DNA of 64,000 nucleotides from Eledone cirrhosa (GCA_964016885.1 OZ024740.1:351354001-351418000); one strand, 5' to 3'; positions 46,432 through 60,109 are shown, counted from the first letter of the stretch. The notes: a model not told the origin generated them from the sequence alone. Numbers and translations: made by a program.

Positions 46432-47205
46432 CATACATTATACAAGGATGCAATTCACTTCAAGTACTATATATATATATATGCACACTCAGTATATAAG
46501 GATGCAATGCTCTTCAAGCGCTCGACGTCGTATTACTTCTTTAAAACAAGGATGGTGGAGTATATTTATAAAGAGGGAAATGCAAAGTTGTAGATGTTAG
46601 AGTCTTTTGTTAATTGAGCGGTTATACATATTTCCATGACCAAAGCAAGAAACATACATTTTTATAGTCCGCTCCCTTCCTCCCATAATTGCCTCGGAAA
46701 CCTTTTACTCAATTTTGCTGCTTGCAGAAATCACGAAATATGTATTGTATAACGGCTCAATTAATAAAATATTCTAACATCTACAACTTCACATTTTCCT
46801 ACACGCACTCACAAACATATGCACACACACACACATATATACTTTTACACTTTTACCCTGTCACCGGTTTTAACCACTGGACTGCAGCTATGCTGGTGTA
46901 CCACCTTCAAGGGTTTAGGCATGATATTGATCCCAGCAATTATTTTCATGTCTGCTAATTATTTCATCGATATCTGTTTGTTGAACTACTAAGTTACATC
47001 TTTTGAACGAGAAACACCTCTGTTAAGCGGAGTAGATATAAATAGGGTTATTGTTACCTTAAATACCCCCCATTCGTTTTGGCTTGTAACTTTAAGTAAT
47101 ATGGTTTGAGAAAATGTAACAACCTACATAGAAAGAGAGAGATAAGTGTATGTATGTATGTATATATATACATGTGTATGTATATGTGTGCATATGTATG
47201 TATAT

Positions 47206-47536
47206 GCGCGGGGACATAGAAATAGTCGGGCTGGACACCCGATCGCGCGGTTAAATCATTGGGAGTGAGGGACCCCTAGCCTTTCTCAGGGCATTCTTCT
47301 AGGAGAAGGCAACTCAGGAAACTAGGATAACTCCGATATGAAACCTGCGTCTCAGTAGTTACTGATGATGTTGATCTTTTCTTCTTTTCGGGTTATAGCT
47401 CAGTGCACAGTCTTTCGTCACTTTAAAAAAAATCTTCACGCACAGGCATTGCACGATAGAATTAATTAATTATTATTACTAATGGTATATCGTGCAATGA
47501 CCATACTCGATAACGAGGGGGAAGCCATCATCATGT
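47206..47536 (+). mobile_element. Non-autonomous bipartite RTE derivative (5' UTR + 3' terminus, no ORF)
   Basis: 47206-47456 matches 29377-29654, and 47491-47536 matches 33561-33603. Confidence 0.88.
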
Positions 47537-47613
47537 ATATATATACATACATACACATATATATCTCTTCCCCCTCTCTCTCTTTATATATAATGTATGT
47601 GTGAGTGAGTGTG

Positions 47614-47713
<100 letters not shown>

Positions 47714-48734
47714 TGTGTGAGAGAGTGTGTGAGAGTGTGTGTAGTTTCGGTGCAAATGGTTTTACAGTGAGTATTATATAACTGTCACGGTTAGAGACAT
47801 TCTGCTAAGAGTTGTGACTTAGATATTATCACCAATGGTAAGACCATGGAAACATTGTTTCCATGGTCTCATCTGACGATCGACATTTCTTTTCTGTTTT
47901 AGATATTTGCCAGCCTTCTACCATCTCTATCTTTGTATGTTTCTTTCTGTCCGTCTGCTCCATGCTATCTCTCTTATGATGTGATTCGCTTTTTGTAACC
48001 AGGACTCCTTATCTCAAAGTATTTAGGCTCCAATAATTGCCATTTTTAAAGTCTCTCCTCGCTGTCTTCTATTTTCTATTTCTCTACTATCACGACTCCC
48101 ACATACATGGCTTCAGTTCTTTTACCAAAGCACGTACTTTATCAGAAACTCCCACGTCACGTACACAAAGACATATCTACTCACACGTCTACAATAGTCA
48201 TCAGTCGTTCACAGTAGTTATAATTGTATTATATTCGTCTCATTTCTTTATATATCTCTCTATCTTCTTTCCTCCATTTTTTCATTCTCCATTTTTCTTT
48301 ATTCTACACTCTCTCTTCCATCCCTCTCTCCCTCTCGCTCATTTTCTCCCCCCCCCCTCTCTCAAACTTTGTTCCTATTTCTCTTTCTCCATCATCTCTA
48401 TCACTTCTTATGACTAGAACAACGTAACTCTCGCCACACATTTGTGAACTTGCGCTTATCATTTTTGTCATGTAAATGATGGCATGTTTATTGTGTGCGA
48501 TCTAGTCGACCCGTCTTTGTTTGATAAAGTTTCATTGGATCTTTGTGTTGTTATTTTCTAAATCGGGCCGAGGATTATAAAGGTAATGTAGTTATTATTA
48601 TGGCATATTACTTATTTATATATTTATTCTCATACAGGGATAATCTAGAAACTAGAAATCTACGCTTTCTCTAATCTTTTATTTAAGTTTTAAACTTAAT
48701 AACAGTTTAGTTAAGTCTACCTGCTTCCTATAGG

Positions 48735-49300
48735 TTGAGTATTTGTATTCAAAGACACCCACTACAGCTACAAAAGCACAAACTTTCTACACGAACGTTT
48801 ATCCCAAGCAGCAAAAATCATAACAAGAGACAAGATCAGGGCCAACCTAAATGTTGCGGCAGAGGTACTGGCAGTGACAGAGAGAACTCATATATAGATG
48901 TTTTAGAGTGCACTCTCTCAAGGCACAGATGGCTTCCCAAGCAGAAGGGGAGGCAGCATTTAAATGCCTCGTAAATGATATTGATCACATAGCAAGAGTC
49001 AAGAAATTCGGGAGCATCTTGGTGCGCTTTAAAACTAAGGCCCTTGCTATCAAGCATTTGGTGATCCTCTGCAACTCGGACCAAATTATAATATACCCGT
49101 CTTACATGGGGAGGAGATGTGTAAGTGTACGCATACCCCGGATCTAGCTTGGTCCTGGGAAGCGTGGCTGCAGAGGGCCACGCCACACTCCTCGATATAA
49201 AATTTACAAAGGGTGGTTTGGACATTTAAAGTACAGGGAGATCTGATGATGGTACAGATGTCACTCGTTAACTACAAGGACACGAGGGAGAGCTTTCCTT
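48735..49300 (+). pseudogene. Probable decayed LINE ORF1-like fragment
   Basis: Higher-complexity coding-like stretch (RVKKFGSILVRFKTKALA...YPSYMGRRCVSVRI) with stops. The family assignment is a guess. Confidence 0.35.
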
Positions 49301-49583
49301 TAGAGTGGGTTAATGGTTGGGAAACATGGTTGACGTCTGAGGTAGGGATTATGTAGGATGTCTTGATTCTCGTATAGACATTTAGTTCAGAATTGGCTCT
49401 ACTTTAATGAGTGTATTTGTTACGAGTTTAGAATTCGATAGTCTTATGCACCAGATGTTTTGTTTATTGTTGGCTTTGTTTTCGGAGTGTATTATTTAGG
49501 TATAGGGACATTCAATAACTACTTTGCGTTTGTTCTAGAACGTTCAGATGTATGTATTTGACGATTCCAGTTGCTTATATATG

Positions 49584-49635
<52 letters not shown>

Positions 49636-49856
49636 CACACGCATTAATAGTTTATATAAAACCAAAACGTTAAGGCATTTATAGACCTACAGTTCTCTCT
49701 ACCTGTATTGAGTCACGTATAGTGAGTAATTTTGTTTAATAACTCACGATTAGTGTTTAGATACTTAGAACATAAAAGCGTAAAATCACTCATTAACATA
49801 TCAAGGTAAAAGTACAAATTAACATAAGACTCCCCCAGCTCAAATAAGCCAGTGCG

Positions 49857-49963
<107 letters not shown>

Positions 49964-50530
49964 TAAAGGTATACTACGAGGAAAACCAAACGACACAGTT
50001 GCAAGTGAGTTGCCTTTAAGTTTGAGCAGATAGCGGTAAGAAAATCCTTACTCCAAGATGCATCGACATCATCTCAAACTATGAACTCTTTCTGATAAAG
50101 TGCAGTATTTTATGTAATGCTTGCGATTAAGTGTAATAACATTATGCAATCAGCGCTCGTAGACTGATATTGTATTGAAACATATGTTAAGGAACAGACT
50201 TATGTTAAAGACATATTTTAAAGAACGGATTACATTTTTCTCCTCTAACCTCTACTTCATGCCTAGTCGTTTGTTCTTCCTAGTACTATACTTTTAAATT
50301 TAAAATTACTCCGTGATATTCCACTTGGATACTGTACATTGAACTTTCAAATTGGACTGTTATCGTACCTCCTGCAAAGACCATGTCGAGAAAAATACTT
50401 TGGGAAGCAAACTTCCTTGTTTACTTTATTGCACATTGATTCACACAAACAAATTTTAACCTTACATATCTTCGATATATATATTAATATTCATTAAAAA
50501 AAGGCCCCAAATACATTGATACATTAAATG

Positions 50531-50576
50531 CTGATTAACGAATGTTTCATCCCTTCCTGGGACTTTTCAAAATCAG
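50531..50576 (-). ncRNA. Minimal type I hammerhead ribozyme, U3:A8 covariant
   Basis: ctgatt-TTGAAAA-gtccc(aggaa)gggat-GAAA-cattcg-TT-aatcag. Confidence 0.7.
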
Positions 50577-50716
50577 ATATTTAATACAGAAACCTGATTA
50601 TAATCTCACCGCAAAACATTTGCTTATTATGATAAATTACTCTATTTTGAGCTGTGTTTAACCTCTCCACCTATGGTTTTAACTTTCTATACTGTTTTGG
50701 GGGAAAATGATATATA

Positions 50717-50783
<67 letters not shown>

Positions 50784-50901
50784 AGGAGTGTAACGCAGAG
50801 TTACTGTAGGTTCACCCGGGTGAGTACTCGATGTTTAGTTTCACTTCTGTATCGAGGTGTAGGGCTAGAGTGTATAATAATTTTATCATTACCACTAAAA
50901 G

Positions 50902-50986
50902 GGTCTGACGAGCCGCTGATTACAGATTCGGGCTAGACTGATAGAGATCGAACCTTGAGCTGATCAGTGGCGAAACGCGCGTCATC
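50902..50986 (+). ncRNA. Type I hammerhead ribozyme with long stem II
   Basis: ggt-CTGACGA-gccgctgatta...tgatcagtggc-GAAA-cgcgcg-TC-atc. Palindromic stem III ACGCGCGT, stem I short. A degenerate copy lies at about 18255-18330. Confidence 0.7.
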
Positions 50987-51061
50987 AACCAATAAACGTG
51001 TAAGAGCTATATAAAGTTATGTTTTAACGGCTTGTAACTATTTCATTCACTCATTCTTCTG

Positions 51062-51148
<87 letters not shown>

Positions 51149-51153
<5 letters not shown>

Positions 51154-51286
51154 AACCAGTAAGACCCCGACAGCTGATCTCAAGCCGTTTCGACGGCTAA
51201 TTCTGGCTAATTCTGGACTATTTTTAGTCCAGAATTAGCCGTCGAAACGGCTTGAGCTCAGCTGTCGGGGTCTTACTGGTTCCTAT
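51149..51286. repeat. Near-perfect fold-back hairpin containing the 3' half of a hammerhead
   Basis: AGGAACCAGTAAGACCCCGACAGCTGA... / ...TCAGCTGTCGGGGTCTTACTGGTTCCT. The right arm has GAAA-cggct(tgagctc)agctg-TC. Confidence 0.85.
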
Positions 51287-51362
51287 TACCCACTCTACTA
51301 CCTCAAGTATTGAGTACTTTGGTGCGTTATGGTCCACCTGGTTCCTTACCACATTTCTTTCG

Positions 51363-51398
<36 letters not shown>

Positions 51399-51437
51399 GA
51401 TATTAATAAATGGAAACTATATTTATAAAACCATATT

Positions 51438-51502
51438 TATTTCATTATATATATTTCAGGGATACCAAATTAAATTATGGTATGCCTTCATCAGACAAAA
51501 TA
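51438..51502 (-). ncRNA. Type I hammerhead ribozyme
   Basis: tattttgt-CTGATGA-agg.atacca...tggtat.cct-GAAA-tatata-TA-atgaaata. Confidence 0.8.
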
Positions 51503-52020
51503 CAATATATAACAGTTTTACAAATAAGCTTTGACGTACCCTTTTAAAATGCGACCATTATTTTTGGAAGCCATCTGGATAGTGAATTGTTTATATTATT
51601 TTAATAAGTCTTAGTGTTAAGGACAATTAGAAAAAGACGGAGAGAAAGAAAAAAGACGGAGAGAGAGAAAAAAGAAAAAGAAAAAACGTGGAGAAATATT
51701 GGAGAGAGAAATGCGTGGAGAAAAAAGGAAGAGATAAATAAAGACAGGAGGAAAGAAAGAAAAAAGAAAAAAGGAAGAAATAAGAAAAACAGAGGAAAGC
51801 AACAGAGAGATATCAAATCATCAGACAGATAGAAAGACTCAAGAGAGAGAAATAATATATAGAGAGAGGGGGAGATAATGAAAACTTTACGTCATGTCAT
51901 ATTAAGTTGAGTTAACAATTTATATGAAATGAATAATAAAAATATAAATATTAATATTCATGAATGTGACATAAATATATAATATGAGAAATTAAACATT
52001 GTTTAATAATTGTTTCTACT

Positions 52021-52197
52021 ATTGGCACAAGGTCAGAAATTACCCAGTACATTACTGGTACTTTATTTTATCGACCCCGTAAGGATGAAAGGCAAAGTTA
52101 ACCTCGGCGGGATTTGAACTCAGAATAGCAAGGGCCGTAACTCTATGCATCAAAGCATGGCGTCCGACCCTCTACCGATACTGCCAATCCACCGCCA
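52021..52197 (-). mobile_element. SINE family A copy
   Basis: Reverse complement of the 17819 consensus. Confidence 0.85.
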
Positions 52198-52605
52198 TTG
52201 TTTAATAATGATTATATGTTTAGTTTAAAAATTGAGATCAATATACTAAAATTTGAATTTAAGCATCCAAAATGTACACATTGCTAGAGAAACCACTATC
52301 TTACGGCAAAGATACACAAATATATATATATACGCACATCCTGAAAATAGAAATTATAACTACTCAAGCCTACAATATAGACATACAAAACACAAATGAT
52401 TTCTCTTAATCACTGCTATACATTCCTTGTGTTATAAAAAGTTCACAGTATATATACATAAATATATACGATTAACATTCATGCCTTCATATATACGATT
52501 ACCATTCATGCATTTAACATGCTGTTAAAATTATGCATATCTGCAATCAAAACTGCGTGGGTAGGCATGCACACACATAACTCTCACCCACACACATACA
52601 TATAC

Positions 52606-52638
<33 letters not shown>

Positions 52639-53151
52639 TATAAATAAATATTTGCGTGCGTCTTCACCAATTGTTAGACCCGCATCACTCATGTACACAT
52701 ACAGACAGATATACAATCATAAAAAAAACATATAACACTTTTATATGCATGTTAATACACACATACACATTTGTATAGAGATAATCAAATATCAATATAT
52801 TACTAAAGGATTATACTTTGGAAATATAATTATAACAATATAAATTTAAAATACCAAAGGATTATATCTTATTTCTTCCTTTTTTCTTTTTTCTTTCTTT
52901 CCTCCTGTCTTTATTTATCTCTTCCTTTTTTCTCCACGCATTTCTCTCTCTCCGATATTTCTCCACGTTTTTTCTTTTTCTTTTTTCTCTCTCTCCGTCT
53001 TTTTTCTTTCTCTCCGTCTTTTTCTAATTGTCCTTAACACTAAGACTTATTAAAATAATATAAACAATTCACTATCCAGATGGCTTCCAAAAATAATGGT
53101 CGCATTTTAAAAGGGTACGTCAAAGCTTATTTGTAAAACTGTTATATATTG

Positions 53152-53216
53152 TATTTTGTCTGATGAAGGCATACCATAATTTAATTTGGTATCCCTGAAA
53201 TATGTATAATGAAATA
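53152..53216 (+). ncRNA. Type I hammerhead ribozyme
   Basis: Inverted partner of 51438-51502. CTGATGA at 53160, GAAA at 53197. Confidence 0.78.
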
Positions 53217-53347
53217 AATATGGTTTTATAAATATAGTTTCCATTTATTAATATCGTATATCTACTGCAAATACTTGTCGAGTGCTTTATATCAGTTATA
53301 AAAATATTTACTTGTTGTATCCCAACAATTTTAAATAGAACTTTTGC

Positions 53348-53390
<43 letters not shown>

Positions 53391-53407
53391 CGTGCGTGTG
53401 TGTGTGA

Positions 53408-53538
<131 letters not shown>

Positions 53539-53766
53539 GTTAGGATTTGGCGGTATATATGCTTAGTAACTTGACATTAGATCAGCAGTGAATGTATATA
53601 TATATATTTTCAATATTGTTATACTTTGGGAGGGGCATGTTGCCAATAGGAAACACACGCACCAGTTGCTTTCACTTCAATTTATTATAATAAATTTATA
53701 AATTTAGGAATTTATAAATTTCCGGTTGGTTGGTTGGTTCCACAACCAGATAATTGTTTATATATT

Positions 53767-53809
53767 GTCAAAGTTCTTTCGTCACACATTCTGTAACCTC
53801 TTCAGTGAC
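53767..53809 (-). ncRNA. Minimal hammerhead ribozyme (left palindrome arm)
   Basis: gtca-CTGAAGA-g-gttac...gtgac-GAAA-gaac-TT-tgac, with one stem II mismatch. Confidence 0.55.
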
Positions 53810-54415
53810 TGGGGATTCTTTTCTTTGTTTTTTGAGCCTCTCCTTTGTTCTGTCCTACGCCATCTTGTTTGTGTGTGTGTGTTGTGTGCTTAGTTTGCGC
53901 ACGTGTTACATCTGGGTGTCTGTGTGTGTTTATATTCGTTTTTTTATTTGTTTATTTACATGTTACTGGTTGGTTGTTTGTTCTATGTGCGTGTGTGTTT
54001 TCATTTTGTCCTTAATTGTAAGTTGTGATGTTGCTGTTCCACTCATGTTTTCTATTTAATTTTGGTTGTAATTCATTTATGTTTATTGCCTCTGTAATTT
54101 GTCTAAACATTGCGTCTTTTAGACAAATCACAGAGGCAATAAACATAAATGAATTACAACCAAAATTAAATAGAAAACATGAGTGGAACAGCAACATCAC
54201 AACTTACAATTAAGGACAAAATGAAAACACACACGCACATAGAACAAACAACCAACCAGTAACATGTAAATAAACAAATAAATAAACGAATATAAACACA
54301 CACAGACACCCGGATGTAACACATGCTCAAACTAAGCACACAACACACACACAAAAACAAGATGACGTAGGACAGAACAAAGGAGAGGCACAAAAAACAA
54401 AGAAAAGAATCCCCA

Positions 54416-54458
54416 GTCACTGAGGAGGTCACAGAATGTGTGACGAAAGAACTTTGAC
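54416..54458 (+). ncRNA. Minimal hammerhead ribozyme (right palindrome arm)
   Basis: gtca-CTGAGGA-g-gtcaca(gaatg)tgtgac-GAAA-gaac-TT-tgac. Confidence 0.65.
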
Positions 54459-54796
54459 AATATATAAACAACCATCTGGTTGTGGAACCAACCAACCAAC
54501 CGGAAATTTATAAATTCCTAAATTTATAAATTTATTATAATAAATTGAAGTGAAAGCAACTGGTGCGTGTGTTTCTTATTGGCAACATGACCCTCCCAAA
54601 GTATAACAATATCGGTTTCAACTGACGTTTTCAGATAAAGAATCTTGCTAAACAAATTCAGAAACGAAATATTTTCAATATATTTTCTATATATCCTCGG
54701 AAATGTTCTAAATCCCCTAATAAATATGAAAATTGCCTTACTAAAACTACATTTATAAGTTTGTTATTGAAAGATTGTTATTTACAATGACAAGCA

Positions 54797-54850
<54 letters not shown>

Positions 54851-55169
54851 GTCACAATTCCTTATAATCCTGTATAATTATGTCAATTTGTACTTTTATC
54901 TTGATGACTTAATGAGTGATTTATGTTTTTATGTCCCAAGTATTATTTTGAGTTGACTAGAGAAGCATTTTAATAAACACCGAAGATACCTGTATTATTA
55001 AACAAAATAACTCACTATACGTGACTCAATACAGGTAGAATCAGTTGTAAGTATATAAATGACACAGCTCTTTGGTGTTATATAAACTATTAATATATAA
55101 CAGCTCTGCGTGACCGTCATTCCATTGAGATAAAAAAAAAACACTCTGTGAATGAGTATACTTACTCCC

Positions 55170-55368
55170 ATTCGATAGAGGGTGGGACGCCATGCTTTGA
55201 AGCATAGAGTTACGGCCCTTTAATGTCTGAGTTCAAATCGCGCCGAGGTTAACTTTGCCTTTCATCCTTACGGGGTGATAAAATAAAGTACCAGTCACGA
55301 ACTGGGGTCGATCTAATCGACTTTCCCCTCCCCCAAAATTGCTGGCCTTGTGCCTATAATAAGAAACC
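55170..55368 (+). mobile_element. SINE family A copy
   Basis: B-box GAGTTCAAATC and family A body, ending in (TTA)n. Confidence 0.8.
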
Positions 55369-55392
55369 ATTATTATTATTATTATTATTATT

Positions 55393-58300
55393 GGTCTAAT
55401 CGGACGTATTTTGCTCGCTCCCAGTAAGTCGCTTTATTTGCCTGTTAAAATATTTGTTGTTAAATATTTCTTGTTGTGTAAGGGATATAAGCCCTTAGAC
55501 TTTGCCCTGTGAAGGGGAAAGTATAATATTTGGGCCTTTTGGCCCAAATATTTGAACTATTTTTACATTAAAAAAAATTTACGGATGAAAATACACAAAC
55601 CAATAAAACCATAAACATACACACAGACACACTTACAGACACAGACCCCTCATCTACCAGTAGTGAAGATGAGGGAAAACCAAAATCCCCCAAAATACAA
55701 AAAAGGAAACACAAATAGAAAGAAAAAACTCAACAAAGCACAAAATCACCCACAATAAAAAACGCAGACACCACCCACGCAAACATCTCTCCTATAACAC
55801 CAACATCAACACCACCATCACCATCGCCAGAATCCCCCAAACACAAACAACCTAAACAGACGAAAGAACAAATATACACACAAACATCTGAAACCACAGA
55901 CACCGCGCTCACAACAAACACAGACACAACCGAAACAACACCACCAAAACCATCACCACCACAGCCATGCAAACAAATAAAATCCCACCAACAAAACATA
56001 CAAAACTTCGTGCTCGTCAGGAGGGCCAACAAGGAACTAATGGCCCTCGTAGCACGAAGTGAAAATATACAAAAAGAGGGGGAAATTTTTAAATCGAGCA
56101 CATTTCGCGCGCGGGAAGATTTGGTTCTGGTGCGAATGTCAAAGAAATACGAGACAGCTTTCCTCGGGACGTGGGAACCCCGAACGTAAAACCCACTTCA
56201 AGACTTTTAAAGGGGTTCCCAAAAGAAACCCCACCAACTATGGAGGTCGAACAACCCGACCTTCACAAAAGCCCGGAAGGTAAGTAAACCTTTCCTCTCT
56301 CTCTTTTTAACCTGCCAACATGGCCGTATTAAGAGTAGGATGTTTAAATGTTCGAGGCCTGGGATCGTCCTGGAAGCAGGGTCACCTGCTCAACGACCTC
56401 AGGTCTCTAGAAATGGATGTAATTGCCGTCAGCGAGACCAGGATTTCAGACACGCACGCACTAGCCCCCATTTTCGACGACTATCAGATCTTTGCATCTG
56501 TTAGCCGGTCGGGAATGGGAGGCGGGGTGGCAGTGCTGTTTAGGAAAGGCCTGGATCTCGAGGTAAGGTCGATCTTCCGGGACCCGGACGGGAAGTTGGT
56601 GGTCCTGGACGTGAACAATAACGAAGGTGGTGCCTTTAGACTGGTGGCCGTCTATGCTCCTACTGGGGCAGGACGACTGGACTTCTTTAGACGCCTGGAA
56701 GCCTTTCTGGGTATGTCTCGCCCTTTACTGTTAGCGGGGGACTGGAACGGCATCTTAGACGCACGCTGGGACTGTGTGGGAGTATCCGATAGGAGCGGGG
56801 GGTGCAAAAGCCTCATGAACCTGATCAGACAGTTCCAACTGTCTGACAGGTACCGACTAGATTTCCCTAATGCGCCAGTGTGGACCCGGACTAACCGCAT
56901 AGGTTCATCTAGATCGTATATCGACAGGATATTATTTAGGAAAATAGACAGAAATAGTGTAAGCCGTCCACGTTTTGAAACGGTCGCCTATTCAGATCAC
57001 AAGTTTGTGATCTGTATGGTCGACGTAGATAAGACGCGTAGGTTAGGACCTGGTTACTGGAAACTAAACATGTCATTTCCGGCACGTAAGGCTTACAGAG
57101 ACCAGGTCAACAATTTAGTTAAGAAAAAGTTGACAGGGGAGTCGTCAACAATAGTTGGTGGGGGGCTCTCAAAAGAGAGATTAGAGTAATGTCGATAGAG
57201 TTTAGCAAAGAAGTAGCGTTACAGAAAAATAGAAAGGAGGGGGAGTTGGTAGATAAGTTAGACAAGGCTATTGGTAGTGGCATTGCAACTGATGTGCTAG
57301 CGGCGAGAAAGCATTAGACCATTTCTTCAATGCGAAACACGAAGGTTGAATTGTCAGAGCTAAGGCGCGATCTCTGAGAAACGAGGGAACCAAAGCTGTT
57401 CGATGGGCCCGCGTGACAGAGGCACAGCGTGGTAATAAAACCACGATTCGGTCTTTGACGGACCGAGACGGACACGAGCTGAGCGATTCCAAGCGGATGT
57501 GTGAGGCCTTTTGCTAACACTTTGCTCGGTTGTTCGGGGGAAGTAGCGGGTCAGAGATGGTGGCGGACATCAGTCCCTACCTCGATGGCTTGCCGCAACT
57601 CTCGACGGCTGACGCTGGGCGCTGCGAAAGGCCAATTACTTCAGCCGAGATTCAGGATGCCCTTGTCGGCTGCATGAGGCGCAAGTCAGCCGGTTTGGAT
57701 GGTCTGCCCTACGAGCTTTACGTAAATATGCCAGACTTGTTCTCCAATCTCCTCGAAGCCCTCTACTGCAACTGGCAGCAAAACGGGAGTATTCCCAGTT
57801 CTGTGAGCCGAGGCGTAGTGACGCTGATAAGGAAAGACGAGAACAAGAGGGACACATTAGACAATTTCAGGCCCATAACTCTGCTCAACACAGAGTTTAA
57901 TATTTTGGCCAAGGTGTTAGCGAAGAGGTTGGCGCTTGTCGTCGGGGATTTGGTTGGGGAGGCGCAAACTTGCGCAATCCCAACCAGGTCCATACACGAC
58001 AACCTCCACCTAATGTGATACATCATAGAGGGTAGGGTGTAAACCTGTCTTCGGTGGGGCTCTGATCAATTTAGATCAATCGAAAGCATTCGATAGGGTC
58101 GACCATCGGTACATGGAGGCTGTCCTCAAGGCGGCTGGCTTCAGCCCCGTCTTCAGAAGCTGGATCGCTGCAATGCACAGCGGCACCTGCTCGATGGTCA
58201 AAATTAATGGCCACCTCTCGGAACCGTTTCATGTCTCCCGATCGGTCCGTCAAGGGTGCCCTCTCTCCTCCCTTCTGTACGTATTGACTGCGGAAGCTGG

Positions 58301-60003
58301 AGCTGTTGCAGGGCATCCCGCTCGAACCGGGACGCCGAAAGGCTGTGTCGGCTTATGCGGACGACATCACCGTGATGGTGTCGGACACCTCAGAAATCGA
58401 GGTGGTCGGCAACTTATTAGAGGAATATGAAAGGTTGACGGGAGCAAAACTTAACCAGGAAAAGTCGGTGGGCTTGCAACTCGGCACCTGGAGAGGAAAG
58501 GCCATGCCGTCCAACAGCGTCGTTAGGCGCTGGACGGACGGACTGGTAAAGTTGCTCGGGGTTTGGTTCGGGCCAGACCTCCAGGTGGATAAGAATTGGG
58601 ACGAGGTGACGGGCAGGGTAGCCAGTCTCACCCAGAAATGGGCTGGGATGAAGCTAACACTGAAAGGTCGGGCGGAGATGTCGATCGCGTACATCGCGTC
58701 CGTCATCTACTACCGTCTGACCGTCGTCCCTTGCTCCCGTTCGTGCCTCGCCATCCTGGAGCGGCTCCTCTTTAAATTCTTGTGGAGGGGTCAGGTTCCG
58801 CTGGTGAGGTGGTCCATATGCTGTCAGCACCCTCTACGTGGAGGGGTGCGCATGCCGTGGCTAATGATGCGCAAACACGCGCTGAGGCTGCGGCATCGCC
58901 AGATATTCTGCCTAAACGGTGAACAGGTGTGGTCGCCGTTTGTCAGACGGGCCTTTCCGCAGCTCGTTTCTTTGACTGAGCTGCAGTCCTGGGTCAAGAA
59001 GAGACCGAGACTGGGTTACTGGCATCTGGAATGTTGCCAGGCACTCATTGCCCTCTACCAGGCGGGCAATGCGGTCAGTGGAACTTCCACTTTCGAGTTC
59101 TATAGAGGATTAGTGGTGGGCAAGTGCGACGACGCACGCACTCGGAGAGGCTCTGGGAGTCAACGAAGTCGAACTAACCAGTCTGTACCGGAGGACTTTC
59201 GAGCCGGGGACGATGGATAATTTCCCAAAATCCCTTGTTGGCAGTGCTACCGGGGGCACTGCCGGTTCGAGATAAACTCTACAGGCACGGAAGTGCTGTC
59301 AGACGGAGTTGCCCGAGATGCGCGCAGAGCGACGAAACCGTTCTACAAGCACTCGTCCTGTGTCCGTGCATTACTGACTTGTGGAGCTATGTTGAACAGC
59401 TGTTGTCGCGTGTAGAACGGATCCGGCTATCAGCTGAGTCCATAGTGAAAATCGACCCGCCGCCTTCTTTAGGCCAGGAAGGGCAGGCAATTTTCTTCTG
59501 TCTGGTGGTAGTAGCGAAAGAGATTGTATGGTGGACGAGGTTGAAAGGACTGAAGACAGACACTTTTCTCTTCGGCCAATCCCTCATCAACTTTTTCAAA
59601 TTTCACTTGGAAAGGAAGGTGAGGGTGGAGAGAGAAGTGCTGCCCCCAGTACATTTGCTGAAAGGTGGGTGAATGTGGCGAGAATGGCCCGTGTGAGTGG
59701 GCCTACTCTGGTCATGCGGCTGTAGGTAGGTAAATTTGAGGAGGAGAGGGGTGCCTTTCCAGAGTGCTCTCGAAGCGTCGGGTCGTTCAGGATTGGTGGG
59801 GTACCTGAGCGAACCCTGGGTGTTCATCCGCCCTATTGGGGAATTTTTTCTTGTTGTAATTTTATTGTTACTTTATTGTTACTTTGTTATTCTTACATTG
59901 TTATTGTTATTCATATTGTTTACTCGATTTTTCTGTAAAACCCCACTGTCCCAGTCTTTTGTATTGTCCCCTATATGTCGGCCCTTGTGGCCAATAAATG
60001 AAA
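55393..60003 (+). mobile_element. L1/Tx1-type LINE, near full length but disrupted (ORF1 remnant + ORF2 APE-RT-Cys knuckle)
   Basis: ORF2 pieces: GCLNVRGL, SETR, YAP, GDWN, IDRI, SDH, GPGYWKLN; GLDGLP, FRPITLLN; KAFD, VRQGCPLS, YADD; CPRC...ETVLQALVLC. AATAAA at 59993. Flanked by (TTA)n on both sides. Confidence 0.9.
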
Positions 60004-60024
60004 TCATTATTATTATTATAATTA

Positions 60025-60109
<85 letters not shown>

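Larger units (their letters stand above)
51393..53260. repeat. Long inverted repeat: 51393-51786 vs 52867-53260 (~395 bp arms)
   Basis: Arms are near-identical reverse complements and each carries a hammerhead. Confidence 0.9.
53613..54612. repeat. ~1 kb palindrome (arms ~495 bp, ~10-nt loop near 54108-54117)
   Basis: Arms are near-perfect reverse complements, also shown by near-identical ORFs on opposite strands (53754+ / 54166-, 54012- / 54025+). A partial third copy lies at about 18675-18982. Confidence 0.92.
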
